Shown here: positions 16,866 to 31,089 of the stretch, in pieces | Layout of the letters: every line of letters begins with the position of its first letter | How positions within the stretch are numbered: position 1 is the stretch's first letter | Assembly (NCBI GenBank): GCA_012295275.1 | Contig: CM022677.1 | Location: 12,276,001 to 12,340,000 of the forward strand | Direction: 5' to 3' | Source of the DNA: Chrysomallon squamiferum | Taxonomy: Eukaryota; Animalia; Mollusca | DNA length: 64,000 nucleotides | Notes under the pieces: generated by a model | What the model was told of the DNA's origin: nothing | Seen by the model: the letters and a program-made list of their open reading frames with translations, nothing else | Database searches by the model: none | Position numbers and translations under genes: made by a program

Positions 16866-19726
16866 TACCCTTCAGATCTTTTATAAAATCTACTGATCTG
16901 TGTTGTATCTGAGTTACCTGAAAGGTCTTCCTGTGTCTTTAACCCAAGCTGGTCAAGAAAATCCTCTGAAATGCTGGACATCAGAGGATCCAAAGTTTGT
17001 GCTGGTGGTATTTAGACAACTATCTGGTTTGATGTATGACTCAGTTTCCTACTATTTGTTCAAATCCAGCAATTTTGTGGATTTTGTATGTTCCATTTTT
17101 TTTGTCTAAATAAACAAATACAGAAAGAAAAACTAATAAAATAATTTTAAAAAATAATAATAAATATCAAAGTAAGCATCAAATTTATTATTCTATATCT
17201 TAATGTACATTAGTTAAATGTCTATTTTTTTTACCTATTCCAGGCTAGGAGCATTTGATTAATTTGCACAATAAAATCTTTGGGAAGAAAAATTTCAGTC
17301 ATGGAAAATTATTTGTAAATTATCAATGAATTATTTTTTAACAATGTTTTAATACTGACTTTATTTATCTGGATATGATGGTAACATTCAGATGAAGCAA
17401 AAATAACTTTTAAAAAGGTAAATGCTTTGCCTGCAACAAACACAACAATTAATGAGTTAAAACCTTGATTAAAAATATAATTTTTATAGGCGTGCATTAC
17501 AGAGAACAAAATAAAGAGAATTCTACCATTTTAAATAACACTATGTGAAATAAATATTTCCCATAAAATTATTATTAGTGGCTCTTGTTTTAAAACATAT
17601 AGAAGAAAAAAAAAAGGTTGCCCAAATACTATTTTTTGGGCAATTAACCCATCATCTTTTTAACATCCTAATCACCCAAAGAGAACATATGTACTTAAAC
17701 ACATTATTTATTATTATAAAACATAACCAGACCACTTACTTCAGAACAGGTCACTGTTTTATTGACTTCCTGTCTACTAATAATTATTTATGATGAGCCT
17801 AAAACTGTGACAGGAGTATATCTCAAAGAGAAAAAAAGAAAAACAAATTCGTAAATAAAAATTAAACTAATTACTTCTGCTAGTAGATTCTTTAATGGAG
17901 GTCAGATCTATATCTGCTATTAATTTAATTGTTATGATATACATGCATTGAAATTTTGAATCCCATTATTTAAAAAAATAAATATATAAAATAAAGTAAA
18001 TATTAAAAATAAAATTAAAAATTAAATATATTTTAGTTAGAGAAATAACAAATATGTCTAAAATAAAGATGAATTTCAATCACATAATTAAAGCTAGAGA
18101 AGAATTTTTCATTCAGAAACAACTTCAACAAAATGAATATAGCTTTTCTTTATGAACTGATTTCACACGTACCTCAACAGCATTCCTTAAGCCATGTAGT
18201 TCTTGTAATTTTTGTGAAATAAAAACAAAACTGTTTTGATTACTCCTATTACAAATATAAGCTAAAAAGAAATAAAACTGCTAATGGAAGTAAACTAAGT
18301 CACCTGCTGCTCAACTTCCAGGCTTTTGTCTTTGCCACTGTCACACACAGCCATCACAGTCTTCTGACAAGTTTTAATGTTTTTCTTGGCTGGTTTTAGC
18401 ATGTTCAAGTTTTTTCTCCCTGATATTTGATGTTGAGATTGGTGACCTGGTGTAAGACTCTCCAACTTAAGAATTGTTGTCGTGGTCGGCTTCAATGTCC
18501 AGGTCACCAAAATTAAGCTCTTCATCAGCAGAACTTTGAACAATTCTGAGTCAGAGTCACATTGGTGGTGCACTGCCTAGTTTGAGGAATTAAATAAATA
18601 AATAAATAAAATATTGTAAAAAAAATAAAATAAATAAAATACATTTATTGCAAGACTACATGCTACTTTTATTGCCATCATTACTATAACTAAAATTTAC
18701 TTTTATTCCTTGTTCAACTAGGGTTACTGTTATTAAAATAATACTCCTATTACTAAAATTACGATCAATTAATAATAAAAGTGATATTTGTACTCTCTTC
18801 ACTATTAGTCCTATGCCTGTATTTCTTTATACTAATATTATTATAATTACTACAACAATTATGACTACTGTTACTACTACTATCACTGCTGTTACATTAC
18901 TCTTCTTGTTTATCATAACAATTTCTCTAAAAACAACTACTATTAGTACTGCTACTACTACTACTACCACCACTACAACCTGTAATTTGAGTACAAACAG
19001 TTTATTTTAATCACCATGAGTCTCACAAGACACATTACTGTTACAAAGCTATGGAGACAACATCATCAGTTAAAACATCACCAAGATCAATTCTATATTA
19101 CTACAACAAGTAGTATTATTATTGCTGTAACACTACATTATTACAACAATATCAGTGACTAATACTATTACTATAGCAACAACCTCTATAGATGCTCCTG
19201 TTCTGCCATATTCTTTGATGACATTTCCACCCTGTGGCAGGCTCACAGAATTAGCTCTTCTTTTATTTATTTACCTTTGTAGTTATATATGCATCTCTGA
19301 GAGAGAGAGAGAGAGAGAGAGAGAACAAAAGATTTACATCCATGTCATATTCAAAACCAAAAATGAAAACCAGACCTAATATTATATGAATTATGTTGTT
19401 TAGCTAGTTATTAAGATTCATATATTTTAAAATTACCACCTGATTCATTATTTTACTTACAAAAATTGTGTTATTAAACCAGCCACGAAAATTGAGAGAC
19501 TGTGGTCAACATAAATATAAACAGCTACAGTAAATCCATCTCCAGTGTATTTTAGTGTGTCTGTCATCACAAGAACAGTGACACTGTGTGAAGGCTGGCA
19601 GTTCCATCTGGTAACAGGAAAGTCAAATATTTTAAAATAATCATAAAATATGATGCTTCTTTTTCTTTTAATGAGGTTTATATGAAAGGAAGTGTGGTGT
19701 GTATGTGATGAGTGTGTGTGTGTGTG

Positions 19727-19817
<91 letters not shown>

Positions 19818-20497
19818 ATGCAGTTATTATACAAGATTCTAATGTATGTTACAAACTCAAATTCACTGTTCAGTTTTTGTTCTCTCTTTTCCAGTCGCAG
19901 CAGTACAAACTTTATCCTCAGTGCTGGACAGCATCTTCTACTGAAACAACTTCACTAGCCAACATCAGAACATCAGTTAGAGCTGTATGAGCATTCTGAA
20001 AAAAAAAAAAAAAAATAAAATAATAAAAATAATAAATGTTATAAATAAATAACTAATGTTTCTGTTAATATTAAAATTTAAATTTTACTGGTACCAGTTA
20101 CTGGATTATTCAGACACAAACAGGTGTGGGATTTTTTGATATATTTTGTATAATCATTATAATGATAATGATGGTAATATTAATAATTTAAATAATTAAA
20201 AAAAAAGAAAGAAAATAAATGATTATCATTATGCTATTATTTTACAATCACTAAAGAGATGTTACTATAAAACTTATTTTACTTGCTGAGAAATAAAACT
20301 AAGATAAAAAACTTACAACTTGGAACTGTGCAGTCTGCAGTTTCTATCCAGCTTGTTCATCCTTCTCATTAACGCAAATTCCCTTTCTAGACAGCAACTG
20401 AACAATACTGCCATGACCTACATAAAATGATACTTTATTATTATTTTTTTTTATGATAAATGGTATTTTTTGGCAATATGATCATTCATGCAATATT

Positions 20498-20528
<31 letters not shown>

Positions 20529-21351
20529 AACCATCCAAAAACATACCCTGCCACTGTTGAGAGGTTTCTGAAAACATTCTAACACAGGCCTGACATTACC
20601 TGACACCAGCCTGTTCCTTGGATGATGTTTCATAAGTCTCTTGTATCCCTTCTCTGGAAAATGGCCTGCATTTGTGTGTTGCTGATGCAGGGTCTCTGCA
20701 TTTCATGATGCGCTGGCATTGACGAGAACAGCCTAACAAAACAAATCAGGAAAATATTTTTATAAAACTTAGGGAACCACTAAGCTGTCACTGGTGGGTT
20801 GATATATTTTTTTTAAATCAGTTTTTGATTTGTTTAGCAGCTCTGTGCACCAAGGTTGTTTTACCACCTACACTTCTGTTCACTGGTTTTGCCTTGTGAT
20901 TCAACTTGAGCCTTTTGGCTTTTTGTTCAATCTCCAGCTTAGCTTGTACAAGTTTTTTCTTATACCTGGCAACACCAGTTTTAGTGTAAACAATACTCTT
21001 GTCTACAGGAGTTCTGTGAATGCCATCACGATGGAATTAGTCTATTTAAAAAAATAAATAATAATAATAAGAATAATAATAAGAATAAGAATAAGAATAA
21101 TACAAATTTAAAATTCTCAGTGAGTTGTTGTATGGTGTTTTCTTTTAAAATAAATTTAATTACTGGCCACCCAAAATTTGCCCGATAGGCTGATACATCA
21201 TTTAGTAATTGGTAAAACAAAATTAAAGACTAAACATGATTTCTTCTTTATATGACGTTGTTCACATTAGTACAAACACTTGTGAATTTTATTAATAATC
21301 GAGAGTCGTTATGTGAAAAAATAAATAATAATAATAATAAAAAAACTAAAA

Positions 21352-21384
<33 letters not shown>

Positions 21385-21620
21385 ATTGTTCCCGATTAAG
21401 ATGGCTGCCATCATGCGGCTATGACTTTTAAATTATAAATAAATAAAACCAAAAAAAATCCAAACATATTAACAACAATAATAATAAATAGTAATACCTG
21501 TCTCCTGCAATGTTTTAAGAAACTTCTTTGTTGGATGATAAAGCGATTACACCAATTCTGAATAAAATTCTTCAAACGTCGAAGTAAATCCGTAAAGACC
21601 GGCAATCATCCCGCATTTTT
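16866..21620 (-). pseudogene. CAMSAP: CAMSAP/patronin unprocessed pseudogene fragment, copy A (N-terminal and CH-domain exons); outer limits approximate
   Basis: Exons 20732-20547 (..LVSG/CQACVRMFSETSQQWQG), 20417-20317 (HGSIVQLLSRKGICVNEKDE..*), 19995-~19866 (AHTALTDVLMLASEVVSVEDAVQ*..DKVC) and 19607-~19480 (VLVMTDTLKYTGDGFTVAV). These match the CAMSAP motifs YC..C..GHQSVIQALSRKGIYV, SAHMAMIDALM and the CH-domain DG..L.AV..YCP. Stops and frameshifts are present. Other exon-like blocks (17-19.3 kb, 20.8-21.6 kb) are less certain. Confidence 0.8.
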
Positions 21621-21637
21621 CCGAAACTAATACAGTG

Positions 21638-21674
<37 letters not shown>

Positions 21675-22318
21675 TAAATAATAAAAGGAACATAATAACC
21701 TTACTAATTATAAATCGAAATGTTTTTTTTTATTATTATTATTGTTAGTTTTTTAATTCTTTTTTAGTCTTATTATTAGCCAATCGTAAATCCGTAAACA
21801 CCGGCAATCATCACGCATTTTTCTGCATCTACTATACTAAAAACAAGAAAGAACAAAAAGTTCAAAACAAATAACAAATAAAGGAACATAATAATCTTTA
21901 TTAACATATACGTACTAATTATAAATCGATATGGTTCATTTTACAAATAAACGGTGTTGTTATTTTTTTCACCCTAATTTTTCTTTCTTCTTCTTAATTT
22001 ATGTTAATGCACCAAATAAAATCACAAAACAATGAAACTCGCATAAGTTGCTAATTATTGTCCAGGAATTTACCAAGGTTTGATATAGGTCTTAAAACAT
22101 TGTCAAAAAAAACAACCAAAAAAAACTTACGACTATGACAACTCACAGATATTGGAAATAATCATTTTCCTTTGTTTTATATGCATTGCAGTTTAAACTG
22201 TGTAGTCTGTGTAAGATATCGCATATATTAAAACTGTGTATGCGTTAAAACAACAAATAATCCTATCAAACAATTCATAATAGCACTACATTTCAAGTTT
22301 ATTTCTCTTAAAACAAAA

Positions 22319-22364
<46 letters not shown>

Positions 22365-22749
22365 TCAGTGTCAGTAACAGAGCAGAAACTAATCAAATGA
22401 AGGGTATATTCATGTTTTCGTGTGTATATGAAAGTAAATATGTTTTAGTATATTTCTGAAATTTCAATAGTAGTGTGTTAACCTTTCTTTTGATTATTAA
22501 TATTAGTGTGTGTGTTTAAAACTGTATTAAGGAGTGTTTAATGTGAATCAAGTGAAAAGTGACACAACGTAATAAAATAATGAGTCAAGACAAATACATT
22601 TATATTAAATGTCTAAGTACATGAAGATTAACAACGATAGAATATTTTATTACAGAATGTATCTATTTTGTTAGCGTCTGCAAAGATTAAAAACTTCTAA
22701 ACAAGGGTAAATAAATAAATAATAATAACAACAATAAAATAATAAAAAC

Positions 22750-22787
<38 letters not shown>

Positions 22788-22881
22788 TACCTAAACTAAC
22801 ATTTATTTGTTATAAATACAACAGGAAAGTAAAAAAGATAGGTACTTAAGTAAGAAAAAAGAGAGTTCCGTGTGGCTGACT

Positions 22882-23144
22882 CAGGTTTGGATTTAATGTG
22901 CTTGTCGCCCATAGGCTAAAGAAATTTTATCGCCCCCTCCTCAAGGCTCAAGTCACCTCACCCTTTCCACTTAGTTTATATAATATGAATAGTTATGACT
23001 TATGATCTAGTTGAAAGCAAAAACATGGTTTTATATTTACATAATGATTTATTTATAAATCAAATGTAAAAATACGAATGTATGTAACATAAACTGCCGC
23101 CCTAGGCACTAGCCTGGAAAGCCTGTATGGGAAATCCGGCTCTG
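22882..23144. mobile_element. Non-autonomous hAT-type MITE (263 bp) with 8-bp target-site duplication
   Basis: GGCTGACT on both sides (22874-22881 and 23145-23152). Imperfect TIRs CAGGTTTGGATTT / AAATCCGGCTCTG. Subterminal cgccc(a/-)taggc motifs near both ends. Confidence 0.85.
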
Positions 23145-24295
23145 GGCTGACTAGACTGAATTCGACTGCTTATATTAATGTTGAGAAAACTGATATATTT
23201 GATTAGTTTTATTCAACAAAGCAGTGAAATAGAAAACAAATCTTTGTAAAAAAAAAAAATGGTACAAGTAAATTGGAAGACTGCCATTGGTACCAAAAAC
23301 AAATAAACACACCCCACCTTTACACACAGGTATCTGCATTGTCACGAGAGTTAGTAGGAATTAGTCTCACTTTCACTTGTATTGTGATCAATATTTCCTA
23401 ATTTTCGTTGCTTGTAAAACAATGAAATTCTTTTGATAAAAATTATTAAAATAAGCTATTATTTTCTTCAAAACGATTGAGCTTTTCAGCCATTGATCTC
23501 AATGTGAAAATGACGAAACTATTTGCGACGAAACATTTTCAGTGACGTAGAAAGATCGGCGCTAAATATAAATATGTCGACTAAACAGACATATCTCAGA
23601 TCTATCTTGAGAAAAGATCAATCCCAACGTTAGGCCTATAATTTCCATAACTATCTGTAACTACCGTCAATGTTTTGTTCACACTCACGTATAGTCGTCA
23701 TACACGGAGTCAGTTTTAAGCCAAGATATAAGTACATATTTCATGGTCATAATCAGTTTAATGTGAAAAAGTAGTACCTCAAATAGTTTGTTTTAAAAGA
23801 CAACTCTAGCCTGTTATTAAAGAAGCTATCCAAGACAATTTAGAAATGTAATAGTTCTGAAATTATCCGCATTATTTTTAATCAACCTTAGAAAAAAAAA
23901 TGGGAAATAATGAATGCACAATTCCACATACACACACACACACGCACACACACATATTCATGTATGTTATTGTTTTGATGTTTTTATGCATATATTTAGA
24001 ATTAGAAAACGCGTTTGCTTTTAATTTTATTTTAAAAAGTAATCATTTACTAATTTCATTCAATTTATTTAATCTGTATAACAGAGCTAGTTCTCTGCTG
24101 TTTTTACTAAACATATATTCATCTACATACAAAAAAAAAAAAAAAAAAAAACAGAAACATTCGGGATTGTACAGAAATACACTCCTAGAACAATACATTT
24201 ATAAATATATTTAAAACATTTCAAAAAACATTTACATAGTATCCCTTTTCTTCTGTATCTATAAATAAAGTTAACAGCTTAAAAAACACTACCCG

Positions 24296-24328
<33 letters not shown>

Positions 24329-24418
24329 GGTTTCATCAATCTGTCTATATTTATAATCTGTATGTATACATACATTAATATATGCATAATACAACATACA
24401 TACATATATACATACATG

Positions 24419-24461
<43 letters not shown>

Positions 24462-26377
24462 CATACATATATATATACAGATATATGTAATATATGTACA
24501 CAAACACAAACACACATACATACATATGCATACACACACACTAACACACACAGAGACACACACACACACATCGTTATTCATTAACAATTGTTTTGAGGCT
24601 GAGGGAGAGATACCGCACTGGCTTCTTACCGTTTCTAGTACAATGTTATTTATCTTTTAGCATTTCTTTTTTCTCTTATTTATTTATTTATTGACAGTTT
24701 GTCCACAAAAAGTTTGTTTCGTTGTGTTCTGTAATATTATTAAAACAGGTTATAATAACAATGCTATTGTCACAGATAGCGATCGCGTTGTATTATTATA
24801 AAAATTACCATTTACCTTTTCTTTTAATCGTATTTTGTTTTGTTGCGAAGTCGATTTCTTCTGCTGTAGCAACAGATACGATTTCGTTGAATCTAACTTT
24901 TTTTTATATTTTCGATCATATTTTGTATACAGAAGAATGTATACCGCCAAGTATAACAATGTATATATACATTTTTTTTTTCTATGAAAGATTTCGCATC
25001 ATTGAATGACGTTGTATGGAATGCTCTGTTACAGTTGTCTCCCTTCACAAAAGTTATAATTCTTTAGTAATACAAAGTAATTCTAATTTTAATAATGCTT
25101 GTGAAACAAATAAAAATTGTTTAATAAACCTCAAACTGTTGATGTATTTCAGATTAATAAAATTATTTCTGGAAGTAAATAAAACGTCAGTTCAAATTTG
25201 ATAATTTTAACTCAGGGAATTTTAGCAGATTTTGGATGTGTCATTAAAAAAAAAGAATGAAAAAAATACTGACATTTTTTCTGGATCACATGATGTGCCT
25301 CAGTCTGAATGACAAGACTATTAAAGAATCCACTGTTATCATTAAATATATTCTGTGGATTAAGCTAATAATATCTAACACTATTTAAGCAGTGTTGACA
25401 TGTAAAAATTATCAAAGTTAATAAATTGTCTTTAAAAAACTCTACGTTACTTTTGCTCATTTCACTAACAACAGTACGTTATTTTTTTATAACAAATAAT
25501 GATTCAGCTATTTCTAATACAGCAGGAATTGAACAGTTAGTTAACTGAGTCAAACCCTGAAACTCCAATACAGAAATTATAGCTCGACCAACTCATTTAT
25601 CATTATTATTTCTATGACCGTTGCTGTTGTTGTTACGAGAGGCTGAGAAATACAGTTAAGGTTATAACCGTCTCATTAGTTTAAAGTGTGTATACAACAA
25701 CAACAATAAAATTCTTTGCAAGTTATTATTTTGTTGTTTTGGGGAGACTGTCACGGGTCGTAAGAAAACAACAGTGACTAAATATTTTAGACTTCTGTTT
25801 TATCCTCTGGCGTCGTGTTATGATGGCGAAGTGATTCTGTTTGATTTTGTATTTTATATTTTAATTAATTAATTTATTTAATAGTAGTTGTTGTTCTAGC
25901 AGTACAATAAGAAGTTTTATTATGATTACAGTCGAAACTATAGAAAACTGGAGAATCAGTGTTTTTGTTGTTGTTTTTTTCGGATATATATTCTACAAAC
26001 GGTAGAATGATAAAATTAATTAGTTAATTAATTAATGATTTTTTAAATAAAAAGAAAACGACAAACATTTCCTAAAAAAAAAAAAAAAAAAAAAGAAAAA
26101 CAACAACCACAATAATAAATATAAAACAATAACAATAAAACTAAATTTACATAATAAATGTGACACTTCAGTTCACAACTGGATTGGTGTGAAAAACATG
26201 TACTCTTAAAAAAAGTAGGGAACTTTAATAAGAAATTACAATTGCTAAAATTGTTACCCGCGGAGAATGGTTTTGTGATAATAGCGAATTTTATGTATTC
26301 CTCCTTCCAAGTCAAGTTGAAAAAAGCTAAAACTTACCCTCGCTCAAGAACGATCTCGCGACCTACAGAAAAAAAGG

Positions 26378-26495
26378 CTGTCTATATTACATGTGCCCGA
26401 TTGGTCCTGTGATGTAACACTGTCTATATTACATGAAACAGACTGGTCAGATGATGTATCGTTATCCATGTTACATATAACAGACTGGCTTGTAA
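26378..26495 (+). repeat. Three 42-bp tandem units in a decayed coding-like segment
   Basis: Units start at 26378, 26420 and 26462. They read LSILHVPDWSCDVT / LSILHETDWSDDVS / LSMLHITDWLVT. Confidence 0.7.
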
Positions 26496-27609
26496 CAAAC
26501 AAGATAATGGAAAAGATCAACTTCAGAAAACTGTGACAAAGAAATGAAACAACTGGAGTGTGTACTTGATCGACTGGAGAACGTGATCTCTTGTTGACGG
26601 AATGATTATACTGGAATTAATGATGGAAGTGAAATGAGTAACTATGAATTCATTGACTGATCTGTCTTGAGAACACATTTTTATACAAACAAAGGGCCAT
26701 AACTCTGAAAAGCTTATAATTATTATGACTAAAAATAGTTGAGATTCAGTATTAATTAATGGAAACTTCAGTTCCTGACACAAATGAAGTCCAGTTTTAA
26801 TTTTTTGTTCAGCTTATAAAAAATGTTAAATACATTATAAAACATGTTGAAAGTTAAATATTGCCGGGAAAAAAAAGAAAGAAATTATTTTAGTAAAGTT
26901 TTCACTGTGGGTTAAAGTTAGCTGATTTAAATATACATTTATTTTTTCTTTAGTTTATTTGGAAACATTGTTAAGGTTAGGTGAGTGATAGGAAATGATT
27001 TGGTTAAATTTATTTCAAAACATCCTTAATTTTATCACACTGTTACGAGTAAGGTTTATGCCCAGAATTAGCTTAAATAGCTGAAAAAGCTGCAAGACCT
27101 GGAAAATGACACGAGGAGTTTCAGAAGTATGGTTAGCATTTTGGTTAGGTTTTGGTTAGGTTTAGGTTAGTCCAACTTTTGTGCAGATTTAAATGTCAGT
27201 TAACCTGAAGCGTGTCTTCATTCAGTACAAACTGACAATTTATAGCTTTTTGGTAAAAGTAAATCAGTTCTGAAAGAGAAGGTCGTTTTAACGAAAACCT
27301 TCGAAATATTTTTTTTTTAAATGTTTTATTTTATATGTAAATATATATTTGATAAATTGGCTTTAAAAAAACAAACAAACAAATAATAAATAAATAAATA
27401 AATAAATAAATAAATTAAAAGAAAAACAGACAATACGTATGTTGTAATATGATTTGTTAAGCTGTATCAGGTGAAATAATATCGCGTTCTGAAACTAATA
27501 TCTTTCTACCTCTAATAAAAGTCAACTATAAATACTACTGCTTCGTACAAACAACAACACATAGTAACTGATATCTCAAAAACGGATTAGCTACTAAACT
27601 GGATACCTC

Positions 27610-27765
27610 AGTGATATCTGTGAACTCGTCTTTTAAATCCCAAAGTTACAAATCATGTTTCGTCTTTTCTTCTCTATGAACGCTCGAGTTAGTTGGAGCA
27701 AGGGACTGGTCCACAATAATCACAGAGGAGGGGAACAGGGCCGGTACTGAGGTTTCAGAATTTTT
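27610..27765 (+). repeat. ~150-bp dispersed repeat; other copies at ~29190-29335 (+), ~35370-35500 (+) and ~2528-2660 (-)
   Basis: Shared core ttttaaatcc..gtta..at(c/t)atgtttcgt..tg(c/a)acg(t/c)tc(g/a)agtta..ggga..(t/c)caca in all four copies. Confidence 0.8.
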
Positions 27766-27948
27766 AGGATGAGGAATAAAACCGTATATTATTGTTTCAT
27801 TTTGTTTTATTTTGTTTGTTTGTTCGTTTGTTTATTTATTTATTTAGTTAGTTTTTTTAAATTTATTTTGTGTTTATTTATTTTGTTTTTTTATATTTTC
27901 AAACTGATTTCAGTTTTCTAACACATCATAACCTACAAGTAGAGAGAT

Positions 27949-28135
27949 ATGCTAAAAGTAAATATCGTGACGTCATATTTCTAAAATAGGTTACAATATA
28001 AATCACTTTCACACTCACAGAACACACACATATGCGTTTTAATGCTAAAAGTAAATATCGTGACGTCATATTTCTAAAATAGGTTACAATATAAATCACT
28101 TTCACACTCACAGAACACACACATATGCGTTTTAA
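27949..28135 (+). repeat. Perfect 93-bp tandem duplication; diverged third copy at ~28675-28815
   Basis: gctaaaagtaaatatcgtgacgtcatatttc starts at 27951 and 28044. The duplication is also visible as the repeated peptide in ORF 27926..28120. Confidence 0.95.
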
Positions 28136-28555
28136 CGTAACAAGAACAGTAACAGCAACTTCGATATATATATATTTGACGATCGTTCTTTTGTTGTTTT
28201 ATTTAATTGCATTCACATTTTATTTGATTCTGATTATTTATTTGTACTGTTACTTACATACTGCTCATACATGATTAATTACAGTTATTCTTAGCAAGTA
28301 ATAGAAGTAGTTGTCGTTGAAGTAGTAGTAATAACTAATACATATATTAGCAAATAGTATTTATAGCTTTGTTTTATTATTAGTAGTAATAGTAGTACTA
28401 GTAGCAGTAGTAGTAATAGTAGTAATAATAATAATAATAATAATAACAATTGCAATAAAAAGTAATAGGAATTATAGCCATAGTTGTTTTAGTACTACTA
28501 CTACTACAACTCCTAGGACTATTACTACTAAACTATAATTATTACCTCTATATGC

Positions 28556-28603
<48 letters not shown>

Positions 28604-28811
28604 TTCATTCATTACTATATCTTCATTTCCATATTGTTTCGTTGTTTGCTCTTATGAATGAGACAGGATAAACCTGTAAGTAGAGAGATATGATGTTTGC
28701 AGAGCTAAAAGTAAATATTGTGACGTCATCTCTCTAAAAATATTACAATATAAATCAGTTACACACACACACACAAGTGCATTTTAACGTAACAAGAGAA
28801 GTAACATCAAC

Positions 28812-28856
<45 letters not shown>

Positions 28857-29565
28857 CGAGCTCGTATCTCAATTTGCTCGTATATCAAACCAATTTTCCA
28901 AACTGAAATTAAATGAAATACCATTAATTTGTTCCAGACCCCCCAAAAGCCTTTATCGTCTCCTTCAGCTTCTGAAACTCGCTCATATCTTGGATTTTAT
29001 ATATATATAAAACGTGTCTCTTTCTTTCACACGTGCAAACAACGAAACAAATGTAAAGAAAGACATAGAAATGAATAAATAAATAAATAAATACAGAAGT
29101 AAAATCAAGAGAACTTGTAGGTTAACGAAAACAAAAGGAATACCCTAGATACGAAAAACGTGACTACAAATTAAATTTGATACGTCACTGGATATCTTAG
29201 ACACGTGTTTTAAATCCAGGTGTTAGAGATTATGTTTCGTATTTTGTTTACTGTGCACGTTCGAGTTAGTTTAAACAAGGGACTGATTCACATAATCTAA
29301 GAGGAGGGTGACAGGGCCAGTAAAGAGATTTCTAAAAATTAATGGTGAGAAATAAAATTGAGAAAGACAGTTGAACAAACAGACAAATAGACAGAGATCT
29401 AACAGCAACACAGAAAACATTATAATGTTAAATGTTTCACCATTTACTTGTTATTTAATTCTATTTATTTCAATAATATTGCAAACGTTTTTGTTTGTTT
29501 GTTTGTGTAATTAGAAAAAATATATATTCTTTGGTGTGCAGTGTTTCGTTTTTTTCTCCGTTTTC

Positions 29566-29651
<86 letters not shown>

Positions 29652-31089
29652 ATTCCCTGCAATAGCTAAGACTTCCTGCATCAACTGAGTTCCTGTATTT
29701 GCAGTTTTTAAAAGTAATTATGAATAAAGAATAACAGACTAACACTACTTGTTTTGTTTTGTTTTATACGTGACAAATATTCTGTAATGATTAGAATGTA
29801 GCTTACAGGCGCACTACACTTTACACACATATCAGTAACAGCAAGAATGTCTTCTGTTTTCCACTGTGTGGATAAAAAGAAACAGAATAATAGTTATCCG
29901 ATACACATGTCGTGAGACAGTGGCTGGAACAGAATACACTCAGGTTAAATAAGATGACTAAAATTCAGCAATTTTTGTTTACAGTAGAATTTGTTTTTAT
30001 GAATAGGTGAGATAAAATAAGAGTAAATCTCCAACCCAGACATTTTAGATTTTATTATTATTATTATTAGTTGTAGTAGTAATAATAATATTAGTAGTAG
30101 TAGTACTACTACTACTTCAACTGCTGCTATTATTATTATTATTATTATTTAAAGTATTATTAAAGTATTATTATTATTAAAAGTATTTGATATTTAAAAA
30201 TAGTTTGACTTTGTACTGTATCGTTTAAAAACTTCACTATAATGAACGAGCTAACTGAAAGGCTATGAAAACCAGCGAAGCGATAACTTGTATTATTCAT
30301 ACTGGTCTGTAAGACGTTTTTGGGCTCATGTTTTTCAGAGACACTATTCTCATATATATATATATATATATATGAATTAAGAATGATATGAAAGTTATCA
30401 CCTTTCTAATAAATACGTAAGGTAAACTGCAAGATGTGTTAAATTAAAATACTTAGAAAACAATTGTGTTAAGTATATTTGTCAGCTAGTAACACTGCTG
30501 ACATAATATTCAATCCTCTTTCAATTCCCTATTTCCAAACTTTTGAGAATTGCTCTCTGATTCAAACAGAAATATACTTACTTGGTTTAACAAAACAATA
30601 AAATATATAATAATATAATTTCATGAATTTAATCGTTTCTTTCTTTCTGTCTGTCTTTGTTTATTTATTTTAAATAGAATGAAATAAAATTTATGTAATA
30701 AAGGAATATATATTACTATTCTTTTATTAATATTGTGTATACGTGGCTAAATCATATATTGACCTTGTTTCACGTCTTTCCTTATTATTGTTTATTTGAA
30801 TATCTTAAGAAAACACCTGATGCTTTAAAGAAGAAGTAATTTTGGCGGCTATTATCTTTCTCCGACCTTCTACAAACCAGTTGCTGTCATTATTACTATA
30901 TGTGTGATAGACTTTAACACGCATTTTAAAAATTAATGAACTGCTCTATGTTAAGGTTGTTGTTACTTTTACTGCTGTTTACTGTACCAGAAGCATTTAA
31001 AACTTTCACGATTATTTTTTACTCAGAAGAAACAAAAGTGTTCTAAAAAATGTCAAGGCGTCCACCCCTTTATTGAAATTGGTATATTC

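Noticed and set aside
16577-16993. 138-aa ORF
   Set aside because: It spans the N gap, so it is an artefact.
20317-20417. Ankyrin-repeat reading of GHGSIVQLLSRKGICVNEKD
   Set aside because: The flanking exons continue colinearly with CAMSAP (CQAC..QG, AH..L.D.LM, ELP.D.ED...FW.NKV, CKK), which explains it better.
21490-21620. ISXO2/IS1595-like N-terminus (..FLKTLQETG/LIP)
   Set aside because: The splice phase does not join cleanly, and no zinc ribbon or DDE motifs follow.
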